Shown piece by piece: positions 26,971 to 39,788 of a stretch of 64,000 nucleotides of DNA (position 1 is its first letter; the number at the start of each line of letters is the position of its first letter). Under the pieces are notes generated by a model. That model searched no databases. It was not told the origin of the DNA and worked only from the letters and a program-made list of their open reading frames with translations. The position numbers and the translations under genes were made by a program. This DNA is from an uncultured Granulosicoccaceae bacterium (GTDB lineage: Bacteria > Pseudomonadota > Gammaproteobacteria > Granulosicoccales > Granulosicoccaceae), in assembly GCA_938006335.1 (NCBI GenBank), contig CALLMF010000001.1, forward strand, positions 30,253 to 94,252. Direction: 5' to 3'.

Positions 26971-28533
26971 CTAGTCGTACTGCCGCTTGTAAGCTGAGTT
27001 CATGACCGCAAGGACATCGTCGAGACCCATATCGTTGATGGTCTCCATGTAGTCGTCCCAATCCGCCATGACGTCACCATTGCCGAGGATCCAGCCTTGC
27101 TGGCGCTCGAGCATGTAGTCACGAATCGATGGCCAGTAACGATCATAGATCTTCTGCTCGTCCGCGGTAAAAGCGACTCCGAGGAACTGATCGATCAGGT
27201 AATCACCTTCGTCGTACAAGGCAATCCCTTCAAGCGCGAACTCGTTGGACCACTGCTTCTCGTAGTTGTAGTCCTGGAAGAAGCCACGAGCCTGCAGCTG
27301 AGCACCTACTCCCCAGAGCTGTGCATTGACCGGCTGATCGCTGTTCAGGACTTCGTCCTTGAAGACCGGCTCGCCGTCGATCATGTCGTACTGGACACCT
27401 TCAGCACCAAAGTTCGCCAGACGACGTCCCTTCTCGGTGAAGTAGAAATCAAAGTACTTGATGGTCTCGACCGGATGCTCGTTGGTATGACCAATCGCCC
27501 AGCCATCGGGCTTGATCGGGATACGGCGATGCTCCTCAATACGCTTGCCCGACACAGAGGCAGGCGGTGCAAAGGCCTTGAACGAAAATCCTTCGATGGA
27601 ATCAGACAAGCGGTTGTAGCCTGAAGTAGACGCAAACCAATCGTGGGTCATGCCACCGAGATTCTCGGACAGCAGGTATTCCCGTGCCGACGATCCACGC
27701 GTGAACACTTCAGCATCCACCAGACCTTCCTCGTACCAGCGAGCAAGATTGGAAATGCCATCGCGGTAGCCCTCACCCGCATAGGGGTGCTTGATCTCCC
27801 CGTCATCAACGTAGAAGTCGTGATAGGTATCAGAACCTGATGAACGACCGTCCCACAAGGTAACCAGACGAATGAGCTCGGGCCACTGACGTGCAAAGTA
27901 CGGAACCTCATCAGCCTCGCCGTTGCCGTTCGGATCCTGCGTCTTGAACGCACGCAGTACTTCTTCAACTTCTTCTACGGTTTCCGGCATGTCGAGGCCC
28001 AGAGTATCGAGCCAGTCATAGCGGATGAAGTAGGCACGACCGTACTTGCCATCAGGCAGGTACGGGATGTAGTACATGTTGCCGTCAGCGGCAGAAATCG
28101 CCGAACGCACTTCAGGCCGCTCATCAAGAAACGCCTTGATGTTCGGAGCATGCTCTTCAATCAGATCATTCAGGGGAACAAATGCGCCTTCCGGACCGTA
28201 CTGATTGACAAAATCCTTCAATCGGCTGGAGCCGACGATGTCGGGGATATTGCCCGACGCAAGCATCAGGTTCAGTGCCTCGGTCTTGCCCGAGTTCTCG
28301 TCCGTGCGCATGTTGGCACCGACCGTGTCGTTCTTGAGAGAAATACCGGTGAGCGCACTGGCTTCCTTCTCGACCGGCCATTCTTCGTCGTACACGGGAT
28401 AGCGTGCATGATTCATCTGAATCGTCAGCTCGAGTGGCTCATCGACGATTCGATACTCATCCTGCGCGTGGGCGGTTACGCCCAGCAGGGAGCTGCCGAA
28501 CATGGCAGCCAGCAAGGGGGTTATACGTTTCAT
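26971..28533 (-). CDS. Alginate-oligosaccharide ABC transporter substrate-binding protein (AlgQ-like)
   Basis: ATG 28533 with a GGAGG RBS; Sec signal AHA|QD; motifs LNLMLASGNIPDIV, IRYDWLD and PIKPDGWAI. Confidence 0.85.
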   Translation of the reverse strand: MKRITPLLAAMFGSSLLGVTAHAQDEYRIVDEPLELTIQMNHARYPVYDEEWPVEKEASALTGISLKNDTVGANMRTDENSGKTEALNLMLASGNIPDIVGSSRLKDFVNQYGPEGAFVPLNDLIEEHAPNIKAFLDERPEVRSAISAADGNMYYIPYLPDGKYGRAYFIRYDWLDTLGLDMPETVEEVEEVLRAFKTQDPNGNGEADEVPYFARQWPELIRLVTLWDGRSSGSDTYHDFYVDDGEIKHPYAGEGYRDGISNLARWYEEGLVDAEVFTRGSSAREYLLSENLGGMTHDWFASTSGYNRLSDSIEGFSFKAFAPPASVSGKRIEEHRRIPIKPDGWAIGHTNEHPVETIKYFDFYFTEKGRRLANFGAEGVQYDMIDGEPVFKDEVLNSDQPVNAQLWGVGAQLQARGFFQDYNYEKQWSNEFALEGIALYDEGDYLIDQFLGVAFTADEQKIYDRYWPSIRDYMLERQQGWILGNGDVMADWDDYMETINDMGLDDVLAVMNSAYKRQYD

Positions 28534-28556
28534 GACTTCCTCCAGTGGATGGTTCT

Positions 28557-29438
28557 TTACTCTTTTACACCGCCGAGAAGGATGCCCTTCTCGAAATACT
28601 TCTGCATGAACGGGTACACGAGCAAGACGGGAATGATCGAGCACACGATGATCGCAGCAGAAACCGTTTCGAACGAATAGTTCGCATTCATCAGGGAATT
28701 GCCAAATTCCTGATCGTCTGAAAGGGTTGCAATGGTGTGACGCAAGAACACCTGCAACGGAATCTTGTCTTCGTCCTGCAGCAGCACCATGGCCCAGAAA
28801 AAGCCATTCCATCGGGACACGATGCAGAACAGGGTGATGGTCGCAATGGCAGGCTTGGACAACGGCAGGTATACCTTCCAGAGCACCTGAAACTCGTTGG
28901 CGCCATCCATGCGGGCAGCCTCTTCAAACGACTGCGGCACGCTTTCAAAGAAGTTGCGCAGCAGAATGATATTGAAGCCATTGACAGCAAAACCGATGAT
29001 GATGCCGAAGTAGCTATCAAGCAGGCCAAGGTCTTTCATGTTCAGGAAGAACGGAATGAGACCCGCGTTGAACCACATGGTAAAGGCAACGACCAGGTTC
29101 CAGAAACGCCGCCCAAACAACTGTGGGCGCGACAAGGCATAGGCGCCAGGTATGATAAAGGCGAGGCTCGCGATCGTGCCACCGATGGTATAGATGAAGG
29201 TATTTCCGTAGGAGATCCAGAACTGCGAATCCGACAACACGTACTGATAGGCCTCAAGCGTGAAGGCCACAGGCGTCAGCAGCACCTTGCCCGCTCGCGC
29301 CTCGAAGCCGGAACTCATCGACAACGAGGCAATGTAGATGAACGGGTACAAGGTGGATATCGCAAACAGTCCGATCAGCACCATGTTGGTGATGACAAAC
29401 AAGCGATCGCCACGCGAGTAGAGATTCATGTTGGCCAT
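28557..29438 (-). CDS. Carbohydrate ABC transporter permease (AlgM2-like)
   Basis: EAA loop FEEAARMDGANEFQVLWKVYLPLSKP; start ATG 29438. Confidence 0.9.
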   Translation of the reverse strand: MANMNLYSRGDRLFVITNMVLIGLFAISTLYPFIYIASLSMSSGFEARAGKVLLTPVAFTLEAYQYVLSDSQFWISYGNTFIYTIGGTIASLAFIIPGAYALSRPQLFGRRFWNLVVAFTMWFNAGLIPFFLNMKDLGLLDSYFGIIIGFAVNGFNIILLRNFFESVPQSFEEAARMDGANEFQVLWKVYLPLSKPAIATITLFCIVSRWNGFFWAMVLLQDEDKIPLQVFLRHTIATLSDDQEFGNSLMNANYSFETVSAAIIVCSIIPVLLVYPFMQKYFEKGILLGGVKE

Positions 29439-29451
29439 GTGTCGTCTCCCG

Positions 29452-30375
29452 CTACCAGAGTGAAACACGTGAGTACCGACGACTCAGCGAGTTCGCCGTG
29501 ATCACCAGCACGAAGGCCACAACCGCATTGAACAGACCCGCGGCCGCTGCAAAGTCATACTGCCCGGCCTGTATTCCCTGGCGGAAGATGAACGTGTTGA
29601 CCACGTCAGCCGTCTCGTAGGTTGCCGGCTGGTACAGCAGAATGATCATCTCGAAGCTCACTTCGAGGATATTGCCGATGCGGATGATCAGCATGATGAT
29701 GATGGTCGGCAGGATGGCCGGCACTGTAATCTTCCACATCATTTGCCAACGCGATGCACCATCGATGACTGCACTCTCGTACAAGGTTGGGGAGACACCG
29801 GCAATCGCCGCAAGATAGACGATCGATTGAAAGCCCGCCTCCTGCCAGATACCTGTACCGATGAATATCGGGCGAAACCACTCCGGTTTGGTCAAGAAGT
29901 AGATCGGGTCCATACCGAACCAACCGATCACGGTATTCACGATACCCGCTGACGGCGAGAACGCAGTGATGACAATCCCTGCAATGATCACTGACGAGAT
30001 GAAGTGCGGCAGATAGACGATGGTCTGTGCAGACTTCTTGAACTTCTGGTTCAGCACTTCATTGAACATCAACGCAAGCAATATCGGCATCGGAAATCCG
30101 ATCAGCAGCGAATAGAAGCTGATGATGACGGTGTTCTTGAGCGCACGGATGAACTGATCGTTGCCAAACAACACCTGAAAATGCTCGAAGCCGATCCAGG
30201 GGCTGCCCGCCACTCCACGAAAGATCGAGTAGTCCTTGAAGGCGACCTGCAAGCCGTACATCGGCTTGTACAGGAACACGAGCAACCAGATGACGGTAGG
30301 CAGGAGCATCAGGTAGAGCTGCCACTCGCGCCGAAGATGCTTCCAGATACGCTGGGGACGACTGAGTGAACTCAT
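29452..30375 (-). CDS. Carbohydrate ABC transporter permease (AlgM1/LplB-like)
   Basis: Motifs YKPMYGLQVAFKDY, YLPHFIS and LYESAVIDGASRWQ. Confidence 0.9.
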   Translation of the reverse strand: MSSLSRPQRIWKHLRREWQLYLMLLPTVIWLLVFLYKPMYGLQVAFKDYSIFRGVAGSPWIGFEHFQVLFGNDQFIRALKNTVIISFYSLLIGFPMPILLALMFNEVLNQKFKKSAQTIVYLPHFISSVIIAGIVITAFSPSAGIVNTVIGWFGMDPIYFLTKPEWFRPIFIGTGIWQEAGFQSIVYLAAIAGVSPTLYESAVIDGASRWQMMWKITVPAILPTIIIMLIIRIGNILEVSFEMIILLYQPATYETADVVNTFIFRQGIQAGQYDFAAAAGLFNAVVAFVLVITANSLSRRYSRVSLW

Positions 30376-30379
30376 GCCG

Positions 30380-31483
<1,104 letters not shown>

Positions 31484-31485
31484 GA

Positions 31486-32301
31486 TCAGCGCCCTCCCCG
31501 AGGCAAGGAACTTTGAGACTCGATGAAACGCAAGAGCTCCGGGTCCGAAGACAATTGCGCAATTTCGCCCTCCAACGACCCGATGTGCGCGACGAGCGCA
31601 GCCTCGGCAGCATCCGGATCGGAGTCGAGAATCGCTTGCACGATGGCGCGGTGGTCGGCAATCACCTTGGCGTGGCGCCGGATGCGCCGGATACGCTTCA
31701 GGTGACGCAAACGGTTGACTTCCAGCTGGGATCGCGTCAATACATCCCAGGCCCCCGGTACTCCAGCCGCCTGGAAGATGGCCGCATGCAGCTTCTGATC
31801 GAGACGGAAGAACTCTGCATCGTCTACCGCGTCCATTGCACACTGCTGCTCGTCCAGAATGGCGTCAAAGTCCGGACTGGTGAAGCTGCCCTTTGAACGC
31901 TCGGCAGCACGACGCACCGCACCGATCTCAAGCTGTATGCGCGTAAAGCAGCCCTCGATGAAGGTCGCGATACGGATAGGCGTGACATAGGTGCCACTCT
32001 TCGGGATGACATTGACCAGACCCGCATCTTCGAGCCGGATGAGCGCCTCGCGCACCGGCGTCTTGCTGGCACCGAGACCGTCGGAGATCTCCTTCTCGGA
32101 GAGTCGTTGACCGGGCACCAGCTGCAAGGTCACGATCAAATCTCGCAGCAAGCGAAAGATTTGCGGCGCGAGCATTTCCTGCTCACTGAGCGTCACGTCT
32201 ACCAACAGCGCGGAAATGGGGCCTGCGCTGTCGAAACTGAATGTTGGAGTGGGTATCGCCTCGGGCACAAACTCATTCAGACATATCTGATTATCCAACA
32301 A
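31486..32301 (-). CDS. GntR/FCD-family transcriptional regulator (AlgO-like position)
   Basis: Winged HTH ([19 protein letters not shown]) plus an FCD domain ([14 protein letters not shown]); the start codon is uncertain. Confidence 0.9.
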   Translation of the reverse strand: MLDNQICLNEFVPEAIPTPTFSFDSAGPISALLVDVTLSEQEMLAPQIFRLLRDLIVTLQLVPGQRLSEKEISDGLGASKTPVREALIRLEDAGLVNVIPKSGTYVTPIRIATFIEGCFTRIQLEIGAVRRAAERSKGSFTSPDFDAILDEQQCAMDAVDDAEFFRLDQKLHAAIFQAAGVPGAWDVLTRSQLEVNRLRHLKRIRRIRRHAKVIADHRAIVQAILDSDPDAAEAALVAHIGSLEGEIAQLSSDPELLRFIESQSSLPRGGR

Positions 32302-32394
32302 ACATATCAGTTTTCCGACTGTTTTGGAAAAAAATTCATGAATGCTGGTTCAGGTGGACCATAAACCGAAATTGCGCTTGCCCACCGAATCGTA

Positions 32395-32744
32395 AGGAAA
32401 GTGCCCCACTACGCTGGGGACGCAGCCTTGGACGCAATCCGAGCCAAGGGCGCGCTTCGATTGGGTCGCGCCGCACACGCCCGACCTCTCCGCTCACCCC
32501 ACGCGATAACCGCCGCGGGCTTGCTCTGGTGGTCTCTGCGTAGGGCGTCGGCACGTAGCGCCTGAGACGCCGGACTTTCTGCGATCCGACGGCTCTGAGA
32601 CAACAGACGTCACGCACGATCGCAGCGCGTTCAGCCGCGCAGCGCGGGCATTGGGTATACACATCCATGTGAAGGGTCCTGGTTGTCAGGTGTCAGATCA
32701 CGATAACAAAACACCCCATCCCCAGCAGACTGGGGCACTTACCT
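32395..32744. repeat. Non-coding element bounded by 26-nt imperfect inverted repeats with internal hairpins (MITE/REP-doublet-like or structured RNA)
   Basis: AGGAAAGTGCCCCACTACGCTGGGGA (32395-32420) matches the reverse complement of 32719-32744, AGGTAAGTGCCCCAGTCTGCTGGGGA, at 22/26 positions. Confidence 0.6.
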
Positions 32745-33849
32745 AGAAGAGCGGGGTGAGCACCACCCCCAACCCCACACGCTGCTGATGCACGTCATAG
32801 TCGATCAGCGAATCCCCATAGCCGTTGAAGTACTCAAAGAGACCACTGAACCGGCTGAAGAACGGAAACGTCCATCGCAGGCGTACCGCACCCTTGCCCG
32901 TGGTCGGATTACCGCGTAGCAGCATCTGATAGTCGTGATCGTCGCGGCGCAGGCTGACCGTCAGATCGCCGTGCCCCATGAAATCGAGGATGTCCGGATT
33001 GTCGTCTCCGTCGGCCTCGCTCGGATCGTCCTTCTCATCCTCCGGTATGCGATACCAGGGACGAAGCTGCACGAGCAGATCTTCTCGCTCGTAGATCAAC
33101 CCGGCGTACAGCCTGTTCCAGCTGCGCGACCGGCCTTGGAACTGACCATTCGATTGATGCTCAAATCCCAACAGCAGCGCCGTACTGCCACCAAAGGGCC
33201 CCCACAACAAGGGTTTCAGATAGATGATCTCGGGTTGGTAGTTGGTCTCGCGAAATGGGCTCGACAGGTCGCTGGAGTACAGCTGCCACCAGGCCTCCAA
33301 GGTAAACCCGAGCGAGAGGGAATCATCTTTCAGAAACAGATCGGACCGGTTCAACTGGGTCTTGAAGCTGATCTGGAACTTGACCTCGACATGCTTGAAG
33401 CCGTCGACTTCTGCGACGTCATACACCGCGTCGTTCAGTTGGTTCGTGTACGAGAACGGCAGGATGAAATTGGATTTGTGCGCCGTGATCACGTAGGGGT
33501 CGAGCACCGTCTCACGCTCGCGCATCACCCGCTCGGTCAATTCGCCCGGAGCGTCGTCGACGCCCGGGATTTCATCAGCTTCATCGGGAGCGCTGTCCGC
33601 GGCGTCAGGCATATCCGGAAAAGATTCGACTCGCTCGCGCTCTTCGGCCACAGCCTGCTCGATGCCGCCACCGAGATCCGACGCGGTCCCCGAAACCACC
33701 TGCGCGACCTCATCGGGGGTGCGGGCTACGGTCGATAGAGACGAACAAGCAGACGCACACACTGTCGCAAACAACAGGATCGCCGCTTGCAGGCCATGTT
33801 TTTCGCGGAAAACATGGCTTGCAAGGCCAAAAAAACGGCGAAAAATCAC
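32743..33849 (-). CDS. pldA: Outer membrane phospholipase A (OMPLA)
   Basis: Motifs EVKFQISFK, SSPFRETNYQPE, catalytic GFEHQSNG, SRSWNR and FNGYGDSLIDY; C-terminal Phe. Confidence 0.93.
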   Translation of the reverse strand: MIFRRFFGLASHVFREKHGLQAAILLFATVCASACSSLSTVARTPDEVAQVVSGTASDLGGGIEQAVAEERERVESFPDMPDAADSAPDEADEIPGVDDAPGELTERVMRERETVLDPYVITAHKSNFILPFSYTNQLNDAVYDVAEVDGFKHVEVKFQISFKTQLNRSDLFLKDDSLSLGFTLEAWWQLYSSDLSSPFRETNYQPEIIYLKPLLWGPFGGSTALLLGFEHQSNGQFQGRSRSWNRLYAGLIYEREDLLVQLRPWYRIPEDEKDDPSEADGDDNPDILDFMGHGDLTVSLRRDDHDYQMLLRGNPTTGKGAVRLRWTFPFFSRFSGLFEYFNGYGDSLIDYDVHQQRVGLGVVLTPLF

Positions 33850-33895
33850 TACAAGTCTTTACCAATCAACAACTTGGCGTGGTCCGACCCCAGGG

Positions 33896-34768
33896 TCACC
33901 AGCCGGTGGCTTCCTTGACGGCGAGGCCGAGCTCGGCGGGGGAGCGGGTGATGGTGACGCCAGCTGCGCTGAGGGCGGCGAACTTGTCGTCCGCGGTGCC
34001 CTTGCCGCCGGCAATGATGGCGCCGGCGTGGCCCATGCGCTTGCCGGGAGGCGCAGTGACGCCTGCGATGTACGCGGAGACCGGCTTCTTGACATTGGAG
34101 GCGATGAATTCAGCGGCCTCTTCTTCGGCGGTGCCACCGATCTCGCCCACCATCAGGATGGCTTCGGTCTGTGGGTCATCGGCGAAGAGTGCGAGTGCGT
34201 CGATGAAGGAGGTACCCGGAATGGGGTCTCCACCGATGCCGATGCAGGTGCTCTGTCCGTAACCGAGGTCAGAGGTCTGCTTGACGCATTCGTAGGTCAG
34301 GGTGCCTGAACGCGACACAATGCCGACCTTGCCAGGCTGGTGAATGGCACCGGGCATGATGCCGATCTTGCATTCACCGGGAGTGATGACGCCCGGGCAG
34401 TTCGGGCCGACCAGACGTACGCCGTTCTGTTCAACGGCAATGCGCGCTTCGAGCATGTCGAGCGTCGGGATGCCTTCGGTGATGCACACGATGAGCTCGA
34501 CGCCGCTTTCGGCTGCTTCGATGATCGAGTCCTTGCAGAAGGGTGCCGGCACGTAGATGACCGTGGCATCTGCACCGGTTTCATCGACTGCGTTGCGGAC
34601 CGTGTTGAACACGGGCAGATCAAGATGGGTCGTACCGCCCTTGCCAGGTGTGACACCGCCAACCATCTGAGTGCCGTAGGCAATTGCCTGTTCGGTGTGG
34701 AAGGTGCCCTGGCTGCCAGTGATGCCCTGGCAGATGACCTTGGTGCCCTTGTTGATCAGGACGCTCAT
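33896..34768 (-). CDS. sucD: Succinyl-CoA synthetase alpha subunit
   Basis: Motifs [14 protein letters not shown] and RMGHAGA. Confidence 0.98.
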   Translation of the reverse strand: MSVLINKGTKVICQGITGSQGTFHTEQAIAYGTQMVGGVTPGKGGTTHLDLPVFNTVRNAVDETGADATVIYVPAPFCKDSIIEAAESGVELIVCITEGIPTLDMLEARIAVEQNGVRLVGPNCPGVITPGECKIGIMPGAIHQPGKVGIVSRSGTLTYECVKQTSDLGYGQSTCIGIGGDPIPGTSFIDALALFADDPQTEAILMVGEIGGTAEEEAAEFIASNVKKPVSAYIAGVTAPPGKRMGHAGAIIAGGKGTADDKFAALSAAGVTITRSPAELGLAVKEATGW

Positions 34769-35946
34769 GCGTTTGCTCCAGCTGTCTTTGCGACGATCGC
34801 TACAATTTTCTCGGCGGCGTCGCCGAGGTCACTGGCTGACTCCAATGCGAGGTCACTCTCGTCGAGCAGTTTGCGACCTTCTGCTGCCATCGTGCCTTCG
34901 AGTCGGACCACTACGGGGATGTCGATACCGACCTCGGCCACCGCCGCCATGATGCCGTCAGCGATCAGATCACATCGAACGATGCCACCGAATATGTTGA
35001 CCAGAATGCCTTTGACTTCCGGGTCCGACAGGATGATCTTGAGCGCTTCAGCCACGCGCTCCTTGGTGGCACCGCCGCCAACATCCAGAAAGTTGGCAGG
35101 CTGCCCGCCCTTCAACTTGATGATGTCCATGGTCGCCATGGCAAGTCCTGCACCGTTGACCATACAACCGATGTTGCCTTCGAGCGCCACGTAGTTGAGG
35201 TCCCACTCCGAGGCACGCAGCTCGCGCTCGTCTTCCTGACTCTTGTCGCGCAGAGTGTCGAGATCGGGGTGACGGTACAAGGCATTGCTGTCGATGTTGA
35301 TCTTGCCGTCGAGGCAGATCAGATCTCCCGCACCGGTGATCACCAGCGGATTGATTTCGACCAGCGCAAGATCCTTGTCGACAAACAGCTTGCAGAGTCC
35401 GTCAAGCAAGCTCGAGAACTGCTTGATCTGACCGCCTTTCAGCCCGAGACCAAAAGCAAGCTCACGGCACTGATAAGGCATGACACCTACCAGCGGGTTG
35501 ATCTCAGCTTTCAGGATCTTTTCCGGAGTCTCGTGGGCAACCGTCTCTATTTCCATGCCGCCTTCGGTGGACGCCATGACCACCACGCGCTGACTGGCGC
35601 GATCGATAACCATGCCGAGGTAGAGCTCATTGGCGATATCGCAGGTTTCTTCGACCAGCACGGTATTGACCGGCTGACCCGCAGCATCTGTCTGGTATGT
35701 GACCAGATTGGTCCCGAGCATCGAACTTGCGTAGTCCTCGGCTTCACGCGGAGTATCTACAAGCTTGACCCCACCCGCCTTGCCTCGCCCACCCGCATGA
35801 ACCTGCGCCTTGACGACCACGCGATCGGTTGAAAGGGACTCGGCAGCCTTGCGCGCCTCTGCAGGCGTCGACGCCACGAGGTTCGAAGGCACTGGCATGC
35901 CGTACTCGGCGAACAGTGCCTTCGCCTGATATTCGTGCAGATTCAT
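34765..35946 (-). CDS. sucC: Succinyl-CoA synthetase beta subunit
   Basis: Motifs [23 protein letters not shown] and [11 protein letters not shown]. Confidence 0.98.
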   Translation of the reverse strand: MNLHEYQAKALFAEYGMPVPSNLVASTPAEARKAAESLSTDRVVVKAQVHAGGRGKAGGVKLVDTPREAEDYASSMLGTNLVTYQTDAAGQPVNTVLVEETCDIANELYLGMVIDRASQRVVVMASTEGGMEIETVAHETPEKILKAEINPLVGVMPYQCRELAFGLGLKGGQIKQFSSLLDGLCKLFVDKDLALVEINPLVITGAGDLICLDGKINIDSNALYRHPDLDTLRDKSQEDERELRASEWDLNYVALEGNIGCMVNGAGLAMATMDIIKLKGGQPANFLDVGGGATKERVAEALKIILSDPEVKGILVNIFGGIVRCDLIADGIMAAVAEVGIDIPVVVRLEGTMAAEGRKLLDESDLALESASDLGDAAEKIVAIVAKTAGANA

Positions 35947-36039
35947 GTCTGATCTCGTTGGTTGAACTGGACACTACGCCGACGAATCGATGCAGTACCT
36001 CAAAGACTCATCTCGAGGATTTTTGAAAGAGAGAGCGTG

Positions 36040-37511
<1,472 letters not shown>

Positions 37512-37615
37512 CGGCGCGGGGGCGCTCAAGGCGCGACAGGGAAGCAATACATGGAGTTGGTTCATAAATAGTCAGCTCTTGCTGCGACTCACGATTTGGG
37601 TCAAATAGCGCCTCG

Positions 37616-38365
37616 TCACGCTCCGACCAGCCCACGCCGGATCAGGTTCAGTCCCATGACCAGAAAAAACACCAGCACGACCTTACGAAAGACAGACCCG
37701 GACAAATAGGTCCGAAGCCGCTCGCCCAACGCATACCCCAGAATCGCGGGCACCACCAGCAACGCTCCCGCCAAGGCCTGGTTACGGGTCAACAGGCCAT
37801 TGACGCCGTAGTTGATCGCCAGCACACAGCCACCAATGAAAAAAAGCACACCGCTGGCACGCACAAAGGTGTCCTTGTCCACACGCAGGGCGGTCAGGTA
37901 GACGACGACCGGAGGCGCCCACACGCCGGCAACCCCTCCCATCACACCTGAAGACACACCAGCGATCCACTGTGCCTTGCGGTCAAACCGTTTGGCCAAC
38001 GGCGGCCAATCGCGCAACAGACTGAGCACTGCAAAGAGTGTGGTGGCAATGCCCAGACTCAGGGTCACGGCAGGCGCCGTCAGCTTGGTCGCGACGAAGG
38101 ATGCAATGCTGATGGACACCAGCATCGTGACAGCCAGCACACGAAAGCGTTGCAGTGTTGCAAGCAGCTGCCCGCAGCGCCAGCACTGCCAGGCGTTGGT
38201 CAATACGGTGGGCACGATCACCAGCGCGATTGCCAGCCGGGTATCCCCGCTGGCCTGAGCAAACAGGCTGATGGCAGCCATCGGCATACCCAGGCCGATG
38301 GTCCCCTTGATTGCACCGGCGATCAGGTAGGCCCCGACCGCGAACACCACAAGCTCGGCGGTCAC
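37616..38365 (-). CDS. TauE/SafE (TSUP) family membrane transporter
   Basis: Repeated IAG.IKG.IGLG and SG.MGG.AG..APP motifs; about 8 TM helices. Confidence 0.85.
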   Translation of the reverse strand: MTAELVVFAVGAYLIAGAIKGTIGLGMPMAAISLFAQASGDTRLAIALVIVPTVLTNAWQCWRCGQLLATLQRFRVLAVTMLVSISIASFVATKLTAPAVTLSLGIATTLFAVLSLLRDWPPLAKRFDRKAQWIAGVSSGVMGGVAGVWAPPVVVYLTALRVDKDTFVRASGVLFFIGGCVLAINYGVNGLLTRNQALAGALLVVPAILGYALGERLRTYLSGSVFRKVVLVFFLVMGLNLIRRGLVGA

Positions 38366-38410
38366 CCGCCGCAGGCCTGACCCGACAACGCGAGGCCGAT
38401 AACCCCTGCG

Positions 38411-39682
38411 CTAGAGATCAAAGACGATACGCGCCGGATCTTCCACCAGTTCCTTGATGGTCTTGAGGAATCCAACTGCCCCCTTGCCATCGACAATGCG
38501 GTGGTCGTAAGAGAGCGCCACGTACATCATCGGCCGAATCACGACCTCGCCGTTGACCGCAATGGGTCGGTCCTGGGTGGCGTGCATGCCGAGGATGGCA
38601 CTTTGTGGAGGATTGAGAATCGGTGTCGACAGCAACGAGCCGAACACACCACCGTTGGATACGGTGAAGGTGCCCCCGGTCATCTCTTCGATCGACAACT
38701 TGCCATCGCGCGCCTTGCCTGCATAGTCGGCAATGGATTTCTCGATATCTGCAAGCCCCATGTACTCGGTGTTGCGTAGCACCGGCACAACCAGACCTCG
38801 CTCACTCGACACGGCCACACCGATATCGCAGTAGCCGTGATACACGACGTCATTACCGTCGATCGAGGCGTTGATGTCCGGGTAGCGCTTGAGCGCCTCG
38901 GTCGCCGCCTTCAGAAAGATTGACATGAAACCGAGCTTGATGCCGTGCGACTTCTCGAATCGGTCCTTGTACTCACCGCGCAAGGTAATGAAGTTCGACA
39001 TGTCGACCTCATTGAAGGTCGTGAGCATCGCGGTGTTCTGCGACGCAGAGAGCAAGCGCTCTGCAATGCGTGCGCGTAGTCGAGTCATGGGTACGCGTCG
39101 TTCGGTGCGCTCACCAACCACCCCGGTACCGATACTGCCTGGCGCATCACCACTCGAGGCGGCGGCTGCAGCAGAGCCTGATGCAACAGCTGCACCGGCA
39201 GCTGCGGTAGCGACCGCAGCACCCGCTGCTGCTTTCGAACCACCGCTGGCAAGGTGCTTCTCGACATCCTCCTGACTGATGCGACCGTTCTTGCCGGAGC
39301 CCTTGACGTCTGCAGCGCTCAGCCCGTTCTCGCTGAGCATGCGGCGCACACTGGGACTGGTCTGCCCCGCGTCGGCAGACGCGGCGGCAGGCGCGGCGTC
39401 AGCGGACGCGGCAGCCGCGGCCGATGCACCACCGGCGGCGACAGCGCCAGCTTCGATCGTGCCGATGACCTGATGTGCGGTTACCGTGGTGCCCTCACCT
39501 TCAATGATCTTGCCGAGCACACCGTCTTCAGCGGCCGGTACTTCCAGCACCACCTTGTCCGTTTCCACATCGACGAGCACTTCGTCTCGGCTAACGGCAT
39601 CACCCTCTTTCTTGTGCCAGGTCACGATCGTCGCGTCTGCGATCGACTCGGGAAGAGTGGGAACCTTGATCTCGCTTGTCAT
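38411..39682 (-). CDS. sucB: 2-oxoglutarate dehydrogenase E2 (succinyltransferase)
   Basis: Lipoyl motif ETDKV, E3-binding domain GSGKNGRI and catalytic DHRIVDG. Confidence 0.97.
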   Translation of the reverse strand: MTSEIKVPTLPESIADATIVTWHKKEGDAVSRDEVLVDVETDKVVLEVPAAEDGVLGKIIEGEGTTVTAHQVIGTIEAGAVAAGGASAAAAASADAAPAAASADAGQTSPSVRRMLSENGLSAADVKGSGKNGRISQEDVEKHLASGGSKAAAGAAVATAAAGAAVASGSAAAAASSGDAPGSIGTGVVGERTERRVPMTRLRARIAERLLSASQNTAMLTTFNEVDMSNFITLRGEYKDRFEKSHGIKLGFMSIFLKAATEALKRYPDINASIDGNDVVYHGYCDIGVAVSSERGLVVPVLRNTEYMGLADIEKSIADYAGKARDGKLSIEEMTGGTFTVSNGGVFGSLLSTPILNPPQSAILGMHATQDRPIAVNGEVVIRPMMYVALSYDHRIVDGKGAVGFLKTIKELVEDPARIVFDL

Positions 39683-39788
39683 CAGACGATGGCCTTCCTG
39701 TCAGTCAGGGGTAGATGTAGTGCGTGGAGAAGGAATCGAAGCGCCCGCCTGTTTCTGCGCGAGCGACTTCGTCGTAGTGAACTGGCCG

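Noticed and set aside
32360-32582. Resemblance to RNase P RNA on the minus strand (CAGAAAGTCCGG ... TTCGGTTTAT could form a P4-like helix)
   Set aside because: All universally conserved rnpB regions are degenerate and the spacing (~210 nt) is well short of typical bacterial rnpB (~290 nt); probably chance. An Rfam RF00010 search would settle it.
32336-32668. ORF MDVYTQCPRC... resembling a zinc-ribbon N-terminus
   Set aside because: There is no second CxxC, the rest is Arg-rich and non-protein-like, and it crosses the inverted repeat and the gntR promoter.
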